DNA of 64,000 nt from Camelus ferus. Its lineage: Eukaryota. The translations under genes were made by a program, and so were the position numbers. Positions within the stretch are counted from its first letter, which is position 1. Every line of letters begins with the position of its first letter. Of the stretch, positions 12,020 through 24,164 are shown piece by piece. The stretch covers positions 115,942,001 through 116,006,000 of the forward strand of contig NC_045696.1 in the NCBI RefSeq assembly GCF_009834535.1, given 5' to 3'. Below the pieces are notes generated by a model that had not been told where the DNA came from, ran no database searches, and worked only from the letters and a program-made list of their open reading frames with translations.

Positions 12020-12340
12020 TCTCACTTTGATGAAGCAAGTTCCATGTTGGAAGAGGAATATGGCAAGGAACCAATGCCCCTAATTCAACAGCCCTCGAGG
12101 AACTGAATCCTGCCAGCAGTCGTGTGAGTGAGTTTAAATAAGGATCCTTTCCTATTTGAGCTTTCAGATGAGACCCCAGCCCTGGCTGACACTTTGATTG
12201 TAACCTGAGATAGATCCTGAAACAAAGGACCCAGCTAGGTCACGTCTAGACACCTGACTGACAGAAACTGTGTGATATGGTGTGTTGTTTTATCCTGCCA
12301 AATTTTGACATAATTTGTTATACAGCAACAGATAATGAAA
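11730..12340 (+). mobile_element. MaLR solo LTR (MLT1E-like)
   Basis: gattctaaaatcgtccccagtgatccctgcctcctgg...gaggaactgaatcctgccagc...gagctttcagatgagaccccagccctggctgacactttgattgt...taatttgttatacagcaacagataa. Confidence 0.85.
11968..12017. repeat. (TC)25 microsatellite
   Basis: uninterrupted tc run. Confidence 0.97.
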
Positions 12341-12369
12341 AAGGCAATTAAAAGTAAATGTACCTTATG

Positions 12370-12715
12370 TTTTTCCTTCCTTCACCCGTCTGTTGATTGG
12401 CTGACACCATGACAGCAGAGCAACTTTGAGATTCATGGTCTAAAGATGATGGACCCTCAGCCTTAATTGTTTCATAGGTGTATACATCTATCAAAATTCA
12501 TCAAATTGTACATCTGAAATATGTGTAGTTTACTGTACAGAATTTATACTGCAATAAAATTGTTTTAAGAAATTTTAATAAATAAAATAAAACTAGATCT
12601 CTGAAAGGCTAAGTGTGGCAAAATTCTTCCCCTTGACAATAAGAGACAACTAAGCTGTTATTTGGTTAAGAAGCCACTAAGTTTAGGGAATGTTTGTTAC
12701 AGCAGTTAGGTGAGC
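12370..12715 (+). mobile_element. Degraded MLT1 LTR fragments interrupted by an L1 3' end
   Basis: catggtctaaagatgatgga... and aagccactaagtttagggaatgtttgttacagcagttag (MLT1 3' motif). Confidence 0.45.
12465..12590 (+). mobile_element. Old L1M 3' terminus
   Basis: ggtgtatacatctatcaaaattcatcaaattgtacatctgaaatatgtgtagtttactgta...atactgcaataaaa plus A-rich tail. Confidence 0.7.
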
Positions 12716-13079
12716 CTGCCATGAGAAACTTAAATCTAAAGGGGCTCATGCTTCTGGCCATATGTTTACCAAATATTTGCTCGATGTAATTAAAGCTATA
12801 TTATCTTATTAATACTAATTTTTGCTCTTCAAAAATCACAGAGCTGTTCCCTGAAGATCTTATATATTCTTTGATCTTTGTGCCTTTCCCTCTCCCTATA
12901 ATGTCTTCCTTGCTAACTTCTCTGCTGAGACAGCGCTTACTAATCCTCAGGGACTGTCTTTAATATCTACTCTTGTGCATCTTCATTACTGCAGGCACAA
13001 TCACATCTTACTAGAGTTAAATCTATATGATCTATTTAAAATGGCTTTAACGGCTTCCTGATTAGTGCAACTTTTTAAA

Positions 13080-13670
13080 AGGAGAATTGGTAGTCTCTAC
13101 TGGCATTTAAAATGTACATATCACTTAATCTAACATTTCCACTGCTAGAAATTTATTATAAGGATACAGAGCTTTATATATATATATAAATAATATACTA
13201 ATCATATTTACATTTCTATATACTGAAAACAACCTAAATAGTCATTAATAGGGAACTGGTTAATAGGACTATAGCAGATTTATATAATTTATATGTGCAG
13301 ATACATTTTCATATTTAATGAGATATTGATTTCCAAGAAATTATTTAGTAAAAATAAATAAATTATAAAATGTTCATACATACATACACACAGCTTTCTG
13401 GTCTGTATAAAAAGTATACATACATACATAAATACACATATGCTTATATATACTTGGAAATTATGAATGGATACATAAGTTATTGTATCTTTGAAAGGGA
13501 AAAGGAAGTAAAGTTAAAGGTAAATTTTTTATTAGCATTTATTGTTTTTATAATTTTAAAAGTTTTCAAAATGTTTTAGGCAGCAAAATAAACAGACTTC
13601 AGTTGGGGAATGGTTGAATTAGTTTTAATATTGTGGAATATTATGAAATCAATAAAAAGGATAGCTTAGA
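13080..13670 (+). mobile_element. Old L1 (L1ME-like) 3' fragments
   Basis: ttaaaatgtacatatcacttaatctaacatttccactgctagaaattta...aaaacaacctaaatagtcattaatagggaactggtt. Confidence 0.55.
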
Positions 13671-13676
13671 GCTTAT

Positions 13677-14128
13677 TGTAGATGAATAATAGCCACCCAC
13701 AGATATATGATCCCCATATCTAGATTCTATAAATGTTACCTACTATGAGAAAAAGGTCTCCGCCAGGTGTGATTAAATTAAGGATCTTGGATTGGGGCGA
13801 TGACCCTGGGTTATCCAGTTGGCCCCTAATGCAATCATATGTATCCTTATTAGAGAGAGGCAGAGGAAGATGACATGCACAGAAGAGGGGAAGTAATGTG
13901 AACATGGAGGCAGAGAATGAAGTCACATGGCCACAAAGCAAGGAATGCAAGCAGACACCAGAAGCAGGAAGCAGCAAGGAACAGATTCTCCCTGAGAGCC
14001 CTGCCAACACTTAATTTCAGCCCAGTGATACTAGATTTTGAACTTCTGATCTCCAGCAATACAAGTGAATAAATTTGTGTTGTTTTAGTTTGTGGTCAGT
14101 TATGATAGCAGCCTCAGGAAAATAACAG
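13677..14128 (+). mobile_element. MaLR solo LTR (MLT1C/D-like)
   Basis: ggtgtgattaaattaaggatcttg...ccctgggttatccagttggcccctaatgcaatc...caaggaacagattctccc...gaacttctgatctccag...aataaatttgtgttgtttt. Confidence 0.9.
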
Positions 14129-14456
14129 AAGTTTTATCATATGACTTGGAGCTATTTTATTGGTGTCATAGGTGTGATAAGCAACATGTGAATAGTGAGG
14201 GAAGGAGAAAGAGAATGGTAAATCAGAGAGAAGACTGCAAAACAAACTGAAATAGTGGATATAATACAAGCCCACTGCCTCGAAATTACATATATAGAAA
14301 TGCATAAAGAGATTTATAAATGGACTGTTACCAAAACAATAATGCTGCTTATCTGAAGGTGGAGGAATATCAGGTGATTTTTAATTTCTTCCTTATATAA
14401 TTTATTACAAGCATTCGCTGTATAATCATGAAAAAAAGTCCCACAAAAAAAGTCCT

Positions 14457-15191
14457 TGTGACAGTTGTTTCTCCAAAGATCACCTCAACAAGGTCTCCCA
14501 TCTACAAACTGTTCTTCATAGTGATTTTGACACTCCCCCATCCCAGGGTGGAGTCTATGTTCCCTCTTCTTGAATCTGGGAGGTCCTGGGACTGCAATGG
14601 AAACAATGCTGCGTGACTTCCAAGGCTAAGTCATAAAAAGCCGTATACTCTCAGCTGTCTCCTTGCTTAGGGTGTGCGCCTTGGGAGTTCAGAATTGGTG
14701 TGTAAAAAGTCCAGCCACCTTGAAGCTATCACACTGAGGATATTACATGGAGAAACTACATAAAGATAGAAAGAGATGCCCACAGGGCCCCTAGTGGTGA
14801 GCGGGTGAAACAGCTCTCTGATAAACAAAAATGTATCACATTTGCTGATTTCCATGGTACAACTACTCCCACCGTGTTCTATCTTAAGCTACCAGAAGTT
14901 TAGAACTCTGCTCACAACGGGAGCATTTAACAGTTGGCCCTCACATGCCACTCTAGCTCCCAGCTGTTTGTCTTCCCAACCCCAGCGCCAGACAGGAGAG
15001 TGAGGGCATGAAATGACCTCAGTCCCGACCATGGTCAGATGGTAACTTCCTGAGAGGTGCCACACTAGAACCGCCCGTCTGAGCCACTCCCGAAATCCTA
15101 CCCAAGGAGGATGTGACAGATAATAAACGATTATGCTTGTTTAAGCCAGTGAGTTTAGGGATAATTGATAGCAGCTAGAGTAACCGAAACA
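14457..15191 (+). mobile_element. MaLR solo LTR (MLT1G-like) with nested DNA transposon
   Basis: ggtggagtctatgttccctcttcttgaatctggg...gtgacttccaaggctaagtcataaaaag...ttaagccagtgagtttagggataatt...taaccgaaaca. Confidence 0.8.
14792..14955. mobile_element. MER63-like (hAT-Blackjack) insertion
   Basis: atttgctgatttccatggtacaactactcccaccgtg...ttaagctacca resembles MER63 and interrupts the MLT1 collinearity. Confidence 0.6.
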
Positions 15192-15431
15192 GTCTTCCAA
15201 GTAAAAGTGACTATAGTCACACCTATGTATACATACATATTTATACACATATGTGCAATCATACATATAGTCATACAGCAAGGAACTGGAGGGCCCTGTT
15301 AATTATTCGTGTGTGAGACAAATTAGACCAGGAGTACTTCTCCAAGGCAATATAGATCTTAATTAAGAGAACCCCCCCAGCCCACCTCCATGGGGTGCAG
15401 AGAGGCATTTTATTCAAGTATACATTCTTAC

Positions 15432-15557
15432 CTCGTTCTCTCTTTTCAAAGGATGTCACCAGTTTGCCTGATTGTGAAAACTCCTCTCTCCACTGCACCT
15501 CTAAAACATCTGCACTGCACCCAAGGATGTTTTTATGTAGATTCTGACACTCTTGTC
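15432..15557 (-). other. Candidate 126-nt cassette exon (phase 1, open)
   Basis: minus strand cctctgtgttctgcag|GACAAG...GAACGAG|gtaaga; only the phase-1 frame is open (QECQNLHKNILGCSADVLEVQWREEFSQSGKLVTSFEKRER); peptide not recognised. Confidence 0.22.
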
Positions 15558-15789
15558 CTGCAGAACACAGAGGCACTGTCTCTAGGGAACTGCTGTTAGC
15601 AATTTCAGGCTCCTTCCCCCGTGGAAGGGCACCTAGGCACTCTCAATTCTTATGGTCCAAGCATAGTTCTCATTGTTGCCATGAAGACCTGTAGCAATTT
15701 GTTAGTCACTGCTGTCTGCTCCACATCTCTGGGAAATATCTATCTCAGCATCCTGTGAAAAGAGATTTTTCTGTGCTCTTATCCATTAC

Positions 15790-16050
15790 AGTGTGTTAAT
15801 TAACATCATAGAATCTGGGGCCAAAAACACCCGAGTCTGATTCCTGGCTCTTCCATTCACTGACCGTAATTTTATGCAACTTATTAATCTCTCTGCTCCT
15901 TGGCTTCCCCATCCATAAAGGAGAAATTTAAAAAAAAACAACAACAACAGCACCTACATATAGAATAGTTCATTAGCATTTAATTATATATGCCAAGCTC
16001 CTTCAGCAGTGTCTGCCAAAACTGGGGCTCAATAAATATTAGGTCATTAG
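15790..16050 (+). mobile_element. MIR SINE
   Basis: gattcctggctcttccattcactgac...ttattaatctctctgctccttggcttccccatccataaagg...gctcaataaatatt. Confidence 0.75.
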
Positions 16051-16742
16051 TTTTCAGAGCATTTATAAAATAGTGAAAGCTCCAAGCAACTTTTTGGGTG
16101 ATGAGGGGAGGGGGCAAAAGTTTCCATCTCTTTGATTAAAGACGTACCAGTTTGTGCCTTCAGCCCTAATGAAACTATGAGAACAGCATCTCAGGGTTAC
16201 CTATCCAGAAACATATGCCCACCTCCTTCACCCTCAAGGCCTGCCCCAGGGCTTTAAAGCTTTCCCACCATCTGCCACTTCTACAGATTATGACTTTGTA
16301 AGGTGCCAGCCAGAAGGCAAATTTGAAGTCTGGGAGACACAATTCTGAAATCATTTACACTAATTAACCCTTTAGCTCCAATTAACTGAGCAGATTGGCA
16401 GTCTCCTCAATTGCCATGTCTGTCCGTTTAGCAAGCCCAATGCATGTCTGGTTCTGGGATGCAAATGCGAACTAAAGATGGGGGCACGGGCTCTACCATT
16501 AGAGAGGACGTAGACTGAGGGTGGTATAAGGAAATCAAAGAGGACCCAGAGCACAGGATATTATAAAGGGGAGGGGAGCAGGTATAAAAGGAGAGGGTAT
16601 TAACGAATCCACACACATCACGTGTATATTTGAGAGAGGAAGACAGAACTAGAAGGAATTCAGAAAAGTTTCTCATTCAAAATTTTGTATCCATCTGTCT
16701 TCCCTATGTGAGCCTGCAGGCGGCCAGATATAAATTACTTAC

Positions 16743-16760
16743 CTGTCAAGTTCTGGAGTC
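16743..16760 (-). other. Candidate 18-nt microexon
   Basis: minus strand ttggttattttcatattttag|GACTCCAGAACTTGACAG|gtaagt; consensus donor, T-rich acceptor, length divisible by 3, in non-repeat sequence. Confidence 0.4.
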
Positions 16761-16999
16761 CTAAAATATGAAAATAACCAACACAGAGCAAAATAGTCAC
16801 TAGATTACACCACTTCCAGAATACGGAGGGAGCCAGGAATCAAGAAAGGGGAAGTCTCAAAGTATGAATTAACATCAGCAGGAGTTTAGATGATGGGCTG
16901 AGAACATCTGAAGAGGTCAAACGCCCTCTCCAAGTGCAGAGAAATGTCCTGATTTGTATCTGGGCACATAATCTAATGAAAAGACCTCTGAAAATGTAT

Positions 17000-17240
17000 A
17001 TACTAACAACTAACACTTGCATGCCACTACAAACTATGCATCCACATGCTTTTCTCCCTTTTTCCTGAAACCCTCCTAGGAGGTAATCAGTTTTCCCACT
17101 TTGACTGCAAAGGGAACTGAGTCTCAGAGACGTTAAACTCAAGCTCAAGTTAAAGTCAGGCTCAAGGTTACACAGCTACAACGCTGCCGAGTAGAAACAT
17201 TGAACCCAGTTGCTCTATTTCCCATCCAATGTTCTCTCTG
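17000..17240 (-). mobile_element. MIR SINE
   Basis: ggaactgagtctcagagacgttaa...ctcaaggttacacagcta...ttgaaccca (reverse MIR core). Confidence 0.75.
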
Positions 17241-17299
17241 CACCAGCTTCTTTCCTCCCTAAAGAGAGATGATAGGCATTGGTTTTCTGTTCTTTCAAA

Positions 17300-18470
17300 G
17301 TTCATCTGTAAATTACACAACTGTGTAAAAATTAACTCTCAATTCTGTTAAAGCAATCCCCTTTAATCAAGATGGCAATGCAAATAGGTCTGTTTGTTGT
17401 GAATCAGTTTTCTCCCTCAACGCTGGGGATTCTTTGAGACAGGCTGCACTGCACCACCAGCATCCCTCCAATCAAGGCATAAAAGATGCATGAACTGTTA
17501 CTCCACACACACACCCTCATCCACGCTTCTACTTCCTTCCTCCACAGGCAAAGCCAACGCGGTCCACATCTGATGCCTCGTTCACATTTCTTTGGAAGGC
17601 GTAAACGATGACGTTAATACCAACTGTTTCGAGCAGCTGCAGAAAATCATTAACCCAAATTGCTCATTACACCTTTATAGACACTGAGCAAGTCAGCCGG
17701 CTCAACACATATATAAATATAATGGGTAATAATGGTGATGGGACATGATAAAAATAAGCGAGGCTGAAGGGGTGGAAAATAGCTGCAGAAGGAAATTGTC
17801 CCTACTGCACACTGCCTGGTCCATAAAGGGCACAAAGCTTCAATTTAAAAAAAAATAATAAATCCGTTTCAGAACAAAGTTATCCCACCACACCTCGATC
17901 AGAAGCTTGGCTTCTTTTCACTGACTGCATTATTGCACACAACAAAGAGGGAAAATCTTATTGGGGGCAAAAGAACAGATTAAAGAGGAGCTTTTTTAGA
18001 AGCATTCAGAAAAAATTGAAAGTGGCTGCCGTTTTATGGCTGGGAAGTTATCTCCAACACACAGGACAGACATCGGTGAGGGTGAGGGGCCCTGCTCGCG
18101 TTGCCTTTCTGCAGAAAGACCTTGAACGAAGGATTTGCTGCCGGTTCGAACACAATTTGGTCCAAGCGAGCCTTCTGTCTCTGGAGCTGCTGAGTGGCAG
18201 CTTGAATTGCCCTGCCAAATCCCTCTGCTTTGCTCTTCTAAAAAAAGAACCAGGGGAAAGATGTGGCGAGTCAGAGCAGCAATCCACGCCTCAGCAGATT
18301 GCGCTGCCACTGTGAATGCTAATATTTTTTAACGTCGATGTGGAGGTTCCTGTTTGAAATTCAATGGGGAACTAAAATTAATGTAAGCCTGCTCAGGAAT
18401 GTCAAATGAATGTTCATTATCGTCTAGAAAGTTTGTGCAACGGGAAAATGATGGCCACGAAAAGTGGAGG
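17300..18470. promoter_or_regulatory. Repeat-free, CpG-retaining block; putative conserved non-coding element or enhancer
   Basis: no recognisable TE over ~1.2 kb, more CpG than the flanks, SOX-type AACAAAG at 17873 and 17941, CTCF-like motif at 18288-18306. Confidence 0.35.
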
Positions 18471-18689
18471 GCTTATGTTAATAATTGGAGTAAAAAAATA
18501 TTATTTGAAAAAATGAAAGCAAGTGCTTGCAGTTATTTGTGAAAAAAAATACAATTTGTGGAAGAAATTGTGAAAAGAATAGGTGTGCTTCTTGCTGGGA
18601 AAACCGACAGCCCATGAAAAAAGTAAAGAGTGCGTGCAAAGACCTTATATAATACTGGGCAGTTTGGTTAAAGGAGGAGGTGTCTTGGG

Positions 18690-19181
18690 AAAATTGGGAA
18701 AAAACAGTTCTCCAATTCTCCACGCCTCCCTGTCTGCACATCCCTGGAAATGTGACTTTGCATCTCTTCCCATCAAGATCTGGAGTCTTTATTCCCCCAC
18801 CCTTTGAATCGGGCTGGCTCTGTGACTTGCTTTGGCTCATGAAAGTGGAAGGGTCCATATGGCGAATTCCAAGCCCAGGCCTCAGGAGGCCTTGTGCATT
18901 TTCACAATATCTCTTGGAATCTCTCCACTGGTAGCAGAAAAAGCTTTGGCTGTCTGCTGGATGACACCAAACAGAGCAGAGTCACCCTGGCTCCCAGACC
19001 AGCCAGCTCCCAGCCAAGTGACTGCAAGCACAGGACTGAGGAGGGGGTGTCTACTGTTTCAGCCAAGTCCAGCCTGGATCTGCCCAGCCGTACCAGAGAC
19101 TTCTGGGAAATAATGACCAGTCGGGATTTTAAGGCACTACGTTTTGGGGCATTTTGTTTCACAACAATTCTAACGGAAACA
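18690..19181 (+). mobile_element. MaLR solo LTR (MLT1H-like)
   Basis: atgtgactttgcatctcttcccatcaaga...ccctttgaatcgggctggctctgtgacttgctttggc...ttccaagcccaggcctcaggaggccttg...ttttaaggcactacgttttgggg. Confidence 0.85.
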
Positions 19182-19495
19182 GTATCTACCTATAAAATCC
19201 TAAACCCTGCCTTAGGTAAATATCTGAGAAAAATGAGACCCCTGGGATACAGGAAGTAGCATCAGTCCCTCTCATATCACAATTCTGCAGTAATTCCTTG
19301 GCGACCAGAGATGGACGTGGATGTCTATCAAAGGTCACGCCGTGCGGCTGACACTAATCCCGTCCTTCAGCTGGGAGTCTCTTTCCTTCCCTCCCTAGCT
19401 AAACGTTCAAATCCGATTTAAAGAGCAGTTTCTCTAGTAGAAACCCAGCCGAGGCCTGAACAGGACTTAAACTGAAGTGACGTCTCGTTTGGCAT

Positions 19496-19529
19496 TTGAT
19501 TGATTAATTGATTGATTGATTGATTGATT
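19496..19529. repeat. (GATT)n microsatellite
   Basis: ttgattgattaattgattgattgattgattgatt. Confidence 0.9.
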
Positions 19530-20459
19530 TTTCCCGTTTGGGATTTTAAAGCTGTAATTTGACATAATTAGCCATTCTTGTTGATGCCATGTGTCCCTTT
19601 AACCAGATTCTTGTGTAACTGGTAGGATAGAGTTTATAAGGTTCTTTGGCATTTTATATCGCTTTGCTTTTAATAAATGCAGTGGGGGTGGGGGGAAGGG
19701 TGGAGATCAAAATGAGGAGTGAATATTAACAATGAAAATCAGAGTTTACTTTGCTATTTTATCTGTGAAATTTTTTTTTTCCCTTCTGGCCTTCTTAAAC
19801 TTCTCGAAGACAGCCAGCCCTAACTTTCCTTAATTTACCTTCTTTGGGGAGAATCTTAACACTCTTACCCAGTAATAACTGAATGAACAGGCATCTAAGT
19901 CACTGTTTCCCTATGAAAAACCCAACCCCGATACAAACACACCCTTTCTCTCTTTCTCTTCTTCCTCCTTAAGCTCTAAATCATCCATTATTTGAAAAAC
20001 AAGTGTATATTTTGAGTAATAAACAAACGTCTCGTTTTGTGACGTGGTGAATAAAGTGATGTGAGCCATACCACAAAATGTGAATTTAAAATTACATACA
20101 TAAAATCATAATTCAGTTCCTCTCATCCACTTCACTGCTATCAAATATTGTTTTCACTCTGAGAGACTCCGAAATCCCTTTAAAACAAATTGTGGAATAA
20201 GAAATTGCTCTTATGGGACATTTCAGCTCACGGCAATAGCAGTGGGTTTTGTGCTCACATGTTTTTTGCAGTGAAATGATAGCTTCCAATTGCATGGCAT
20301 GTTGAAATTTACAAAACAGCGTTTTTCCCTTGGTGGGCTAGCACCCTCCCAGGTACAAGGCTGGCAAATTCCTACTCATCTCTGGTATTTACCTTCCAGT
20401 TCCTGCAAGCAATCAGTCAGCTGTCAAGCTGTTAGTGGCTGCAGATTTTTTTTTTTTAA

Positions 20460-21160
20460 TGTCTGATGGCATGTATCCATTATTATGGTATCACACAAGG
20501 CATTTTCACTGCCCTAAAATTCCTCTGTTTCCACCTGTTCATCCCTCCCTCCCCACCACCCCTTTCAACCACCAATCTTTGTACTCTGATGTGCCACAGT
20601 CTTTTTACCCACTTACCCACTGAAGGACATCTTAGTTGCTTCCAAGTTTTGGTAATTATGAGTAAAGCTGCTACAAACATTCTTGTGCCGCTTGTACAGA
20701 CATGGGTTTTCCAATCCTTTGGGTAAATACCAAGGTACACAACTGCAGGACTGAATAGTAAGGATATATTTAATTGTGTAAGAAACCGCCAAACCATCTT
20801 CCAAAGTGGCTGTACCATTTTGCATTCCCACTAGCAATGAGTTCGCACTGCATTTGGCGTTGGCAGTGTTTGGGGTTTTGGCCAATCTAATAGGTGCATA
20901 GTGGTATTTCTTTGTTTTAATATGCATTTCCCTGACGACCAGGTGTGGAGTGTCTTTTCATATGCTTATTTGCCATCTGTATATCATCTTTGGTGAGGTG
21001 TCTGTTAAGGGCTTTGGCTCATTTGTAAATTGAGTTGTTCATTTTCTTACTGCTGAGTTTTAAGAGTTCTTTGTGCATTTTGGGTATCAGTCCTTTATCA
21101 GTTGTGTCTTTTGCAAATATTTTCTCCCAGTCTGTGGCTAGTCTTCTCATTCATTAATGG
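20460..21160 (-). mobile_element. L1 (L1MC-like) ORF2 C-terminus and 3' UTR fragment
   Basis: ORF 20483..20818 gives VQPLWKMVWRFL...LGIYPKD...MFVAALLIITKTWKQLRCPSVGKW, the L1 ORF2p C-terminal segment. Confidence 0.9.
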
Positions 21161-21356
21161 TCTATAGACTTTGCCTCCACAACATCTGTCATTTCAGGGG
21201 CTTTTTCTTTCTAGCTCCATTGTCTTTATTCAGCTCCTAATTTCTGTCATCTTGTACAGACATGGGGTTTCTGTAAAAATGGGAAGCACATAATGCAGAG
21301 GTAGTGTCCACGAACAGCAGGATAGACTCTGATTTCTCCTTCAAGATAATGATGTG

Positions 21357-21985
21357 CCCTCCTGCACTGCTGGTACACCCATTTTGAAAACAGTATGGAG
21401 GTTCCTCGAAAAAACTAAAAATAGACTTATCCTATGACCCAGCAATCCCACTCCTGGGCATATATCCAGAGGGATCGCTAATTCCAAAAGATACATGCAC
21501 CCCAATATTCATAGCAGCACTATTTACAACAGCCAAGACATGGAAACAGCCTAAATGTCCATTGACAGAGGACTGGATATAGAAGTTGTGGTCTATTTAT
21601 ACAATGGAATACTACTCAGCCATAAAAAAGAATAAAATAATGCCATTTGCAGCAACGTGGATGGACCTAGACATCATCATTCTAAGTGAAGTAAGTCAGG
21701 AAAAGAAAAATACCACATGACATCATTCATATGTGGAATCTAAAAAAAGAAAAAAAAAGAGGCCATTAATGAACTCATCTACAAAACAGAAACAGACTCG
21801 TAGACATAGTAAACAACCTTATGGTTACTGGGGGAAAGGAGTGGGAAGGGATAAATCTGGGAGTTTGAGATTTGCAAATGTTAGCCACTACATATTAAAA
21901 ATAGATTTTAAAAAACCAAATTTCTTCTGGATAGCACAGGGAACTATATACAATATCTTGTAAAATCTTTAAATGAAAAAATATG

Positions 21986-22045
<60 letters not shown>

Positions 22046-22135
22046 CACACACACACATACATACATGACTGGGACATTGTGCTATACACCAGAAACTGAC
22101 ACATTGTAACTGACTGTACTTCAATAAAACAAAAA
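21357..22135 (+). mobile_element. Young 5'-truncated L1 (camelid type)
   Basis: gaaaacagtatggaggttcc...tatgacccagcaatcccactcctgggc...gacacattgtaactgactgtacttcaataaaa; TSD-like atgatgtgccct (21349-21360) / atgatgtggcct (22139-22150). Confidence 0.95.
21989..22032. repeat. (AT)22 microsatellite within the L1 3' UTR
   Basis: uninterrupted at run. Confidence 0.95.
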
Positions 22136-22219
22136 AAGATGATGTGGCCTTGCACATAGTAAGTTTAGCTCAAGAACTGGTCCGACTTGATGAAAGCAAA
22201 CGTCCTCCCAAACAGAAGC

Positions 22220-22377
22220 ACCAAGACAGTGTGGTCCTCAGAACCCACCAATTAAAATGAGACCAATACAGGATCCTAGGCAACACCCTACACTATCAAC
22301 CGAGACAGTGTGGTCCTCAGAACCCACCAATTAAAATGAGACCAATACAGGATCCTAGGCAACACCCCACACTATCA
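22220..22377. repeat. 79-bp tandem duplication
   Basis: copies at 22220-22298 and 22299-22377 differ at 2 positions. Confidence 0.97.
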
Positions 22378-23109
22378 GATGCCCTGGCGGGAAGAATTCA
22401 AGAGTCTGAAGATCCGCAGGACCCTACATGCCTCTCCCCTTGACTCTGAAGCACACCACAATTTGAGACCCACTCACCTAGATCATGAGTAATCAACTCT
22501 TCAGGATGTTACCCCATCGTCGGAGAGCAGTGGGACAGCAGTGCTAGCTCTACTCAGTGGGGTGGGCTCCTACCTGGATGCAGGCTTAGCTCTTTATAAA
22601 CCCACCCCCTCACCCAGCAGCATGACCTAGGGGGAACCAACAGCCAATCAAAAATCTACCAGAGTTAAGTCCTTCCTCTCCTCTTTCTGCAGATATCTTA
22701 CTTCAATCAACTTTCTGTCATAACCTAAATAATTACAAATATAAAGCATATCCGCACACTCTTTGCTTGGTTAGAAAACTGAATTATAACTTCATATATC
22801 GAAAACTTAGATTTTAAAATGAATTCCTTAATGGTCTGTCTCCTTTCCAATCAATTTAACACTTGATTCAAATTTATCTTCTTTGAAAAAAAGACAAAAA
22901 TTAAAAGTTATTTGAATGGGAAAGGAAGAAGGGAAATTATCTTAATCCACATGACATGTAGAAATACTGTAATCAGATATATGAAAATGAAAATCACCCT
23001 TGTTACAGGGATGATTTGCACAGAAAGCAGTGATATCTGGGAGTCAGAGAGGAATTTCTGGAGGTTCCATAACAGTAATATTTTCTTTCTAAACATTAAA
23101 AAAAAACAA

Positions 23110-23205
23110 CAGTGGGGAACTGGGTGTGAAGTATATGAGTGGTACCTTTGTAACTTTTCTGTAAATCTAAAACTATTCTAAAACTTAAAAGTTACTTTTT
23201 AAACA
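23110..23205 (+). mobile_element. L1M 3' terminus
   Basis: ggggaactgggtg...tttgtaacttttctgtaaatctaaaactattctaaaa. Confidence 0.75.
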
Positions 23206-24164
23206 GTAGGGAGCAAAAGATACACAAAAAGGTAAACATGCAATTTATAACTATCGAGTAAGAGAACAAATAAGTGAATGAATAAAAGAATAAATTTGTG
23301 AATCACGGCCAGGGCCAAATTTTAGCTAATGTCATTAGTAGTTTAAAAATCATTTTGTGATCAGTTTTATGGCAAACAAACAGAAAAACATTTGTTTATC
23401 TAACTGAGCTTTGGGAGCTTTAACTAAACAATGGAAGAAAAAAATAACTGCTGAGTTTTAAAGATGTTGAAGTTATTCTGCTGCAAATTTCTGCTTATTC
23501 TTTCAAGATGTGATATTAGCTGAATATTTATAGCTCTGTCAACAGTTCCAATGATCTAGAAATACAGATGTAATGTATATTTTATATATGCAAATTTTAA
23601 AGGCTATTATAAATGTGAAACAGAATCTAAAGTTAGAAAAGGAACTCGGCGTTGTTGAGGAAGTTAGGACAACACTGTTTATAAGGACGAGAGTTGATTG
23701 ACTATCCTGTGCACATCTGTTCACACACAAGGACCACACAGACCAATCTCGAGCATTGCTTTTGTTTTTGACACTGCCAGGGTCAACTGAGCACCCACAG
23801 AAGTGTTATTTACCCTCCCATGCCCTGTCTGCTAATTGGATGTGGTAATCATTTCCACTTCCTATACTACGAGTCTGTAGGTTAATTTTTAGAAAACTCC
23901 TTGGGAGATATTTTAAGATGCTTGATTCAAAGCCTGAGGGTGCAGTTACAGTTTCCAGATGCAGGCTCAAATCAGCTGCTCCAATCTTGGAAGATACTGA
24001 AGTTCTTTACTAGTCTTTCTGTCTCCTTTGTATCAGAATCTAATAAATGCTAAGTTTTTCTTCATTTTAATCATAGAATTAATCTGTGCTCAAGGGGGAC
24101 CTCTCACTACCTACTCATCTGGCAACCCCTATTCGTCTGGGCCCCTGATACTACGGTTGAAGTC

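Noticed and set aside
11845..12074. Low-complexity ORFs (SLSL/ERER; also YIYI, THTH and CVCV elsewhere)
   Set aside because: Translations of microsatellites.
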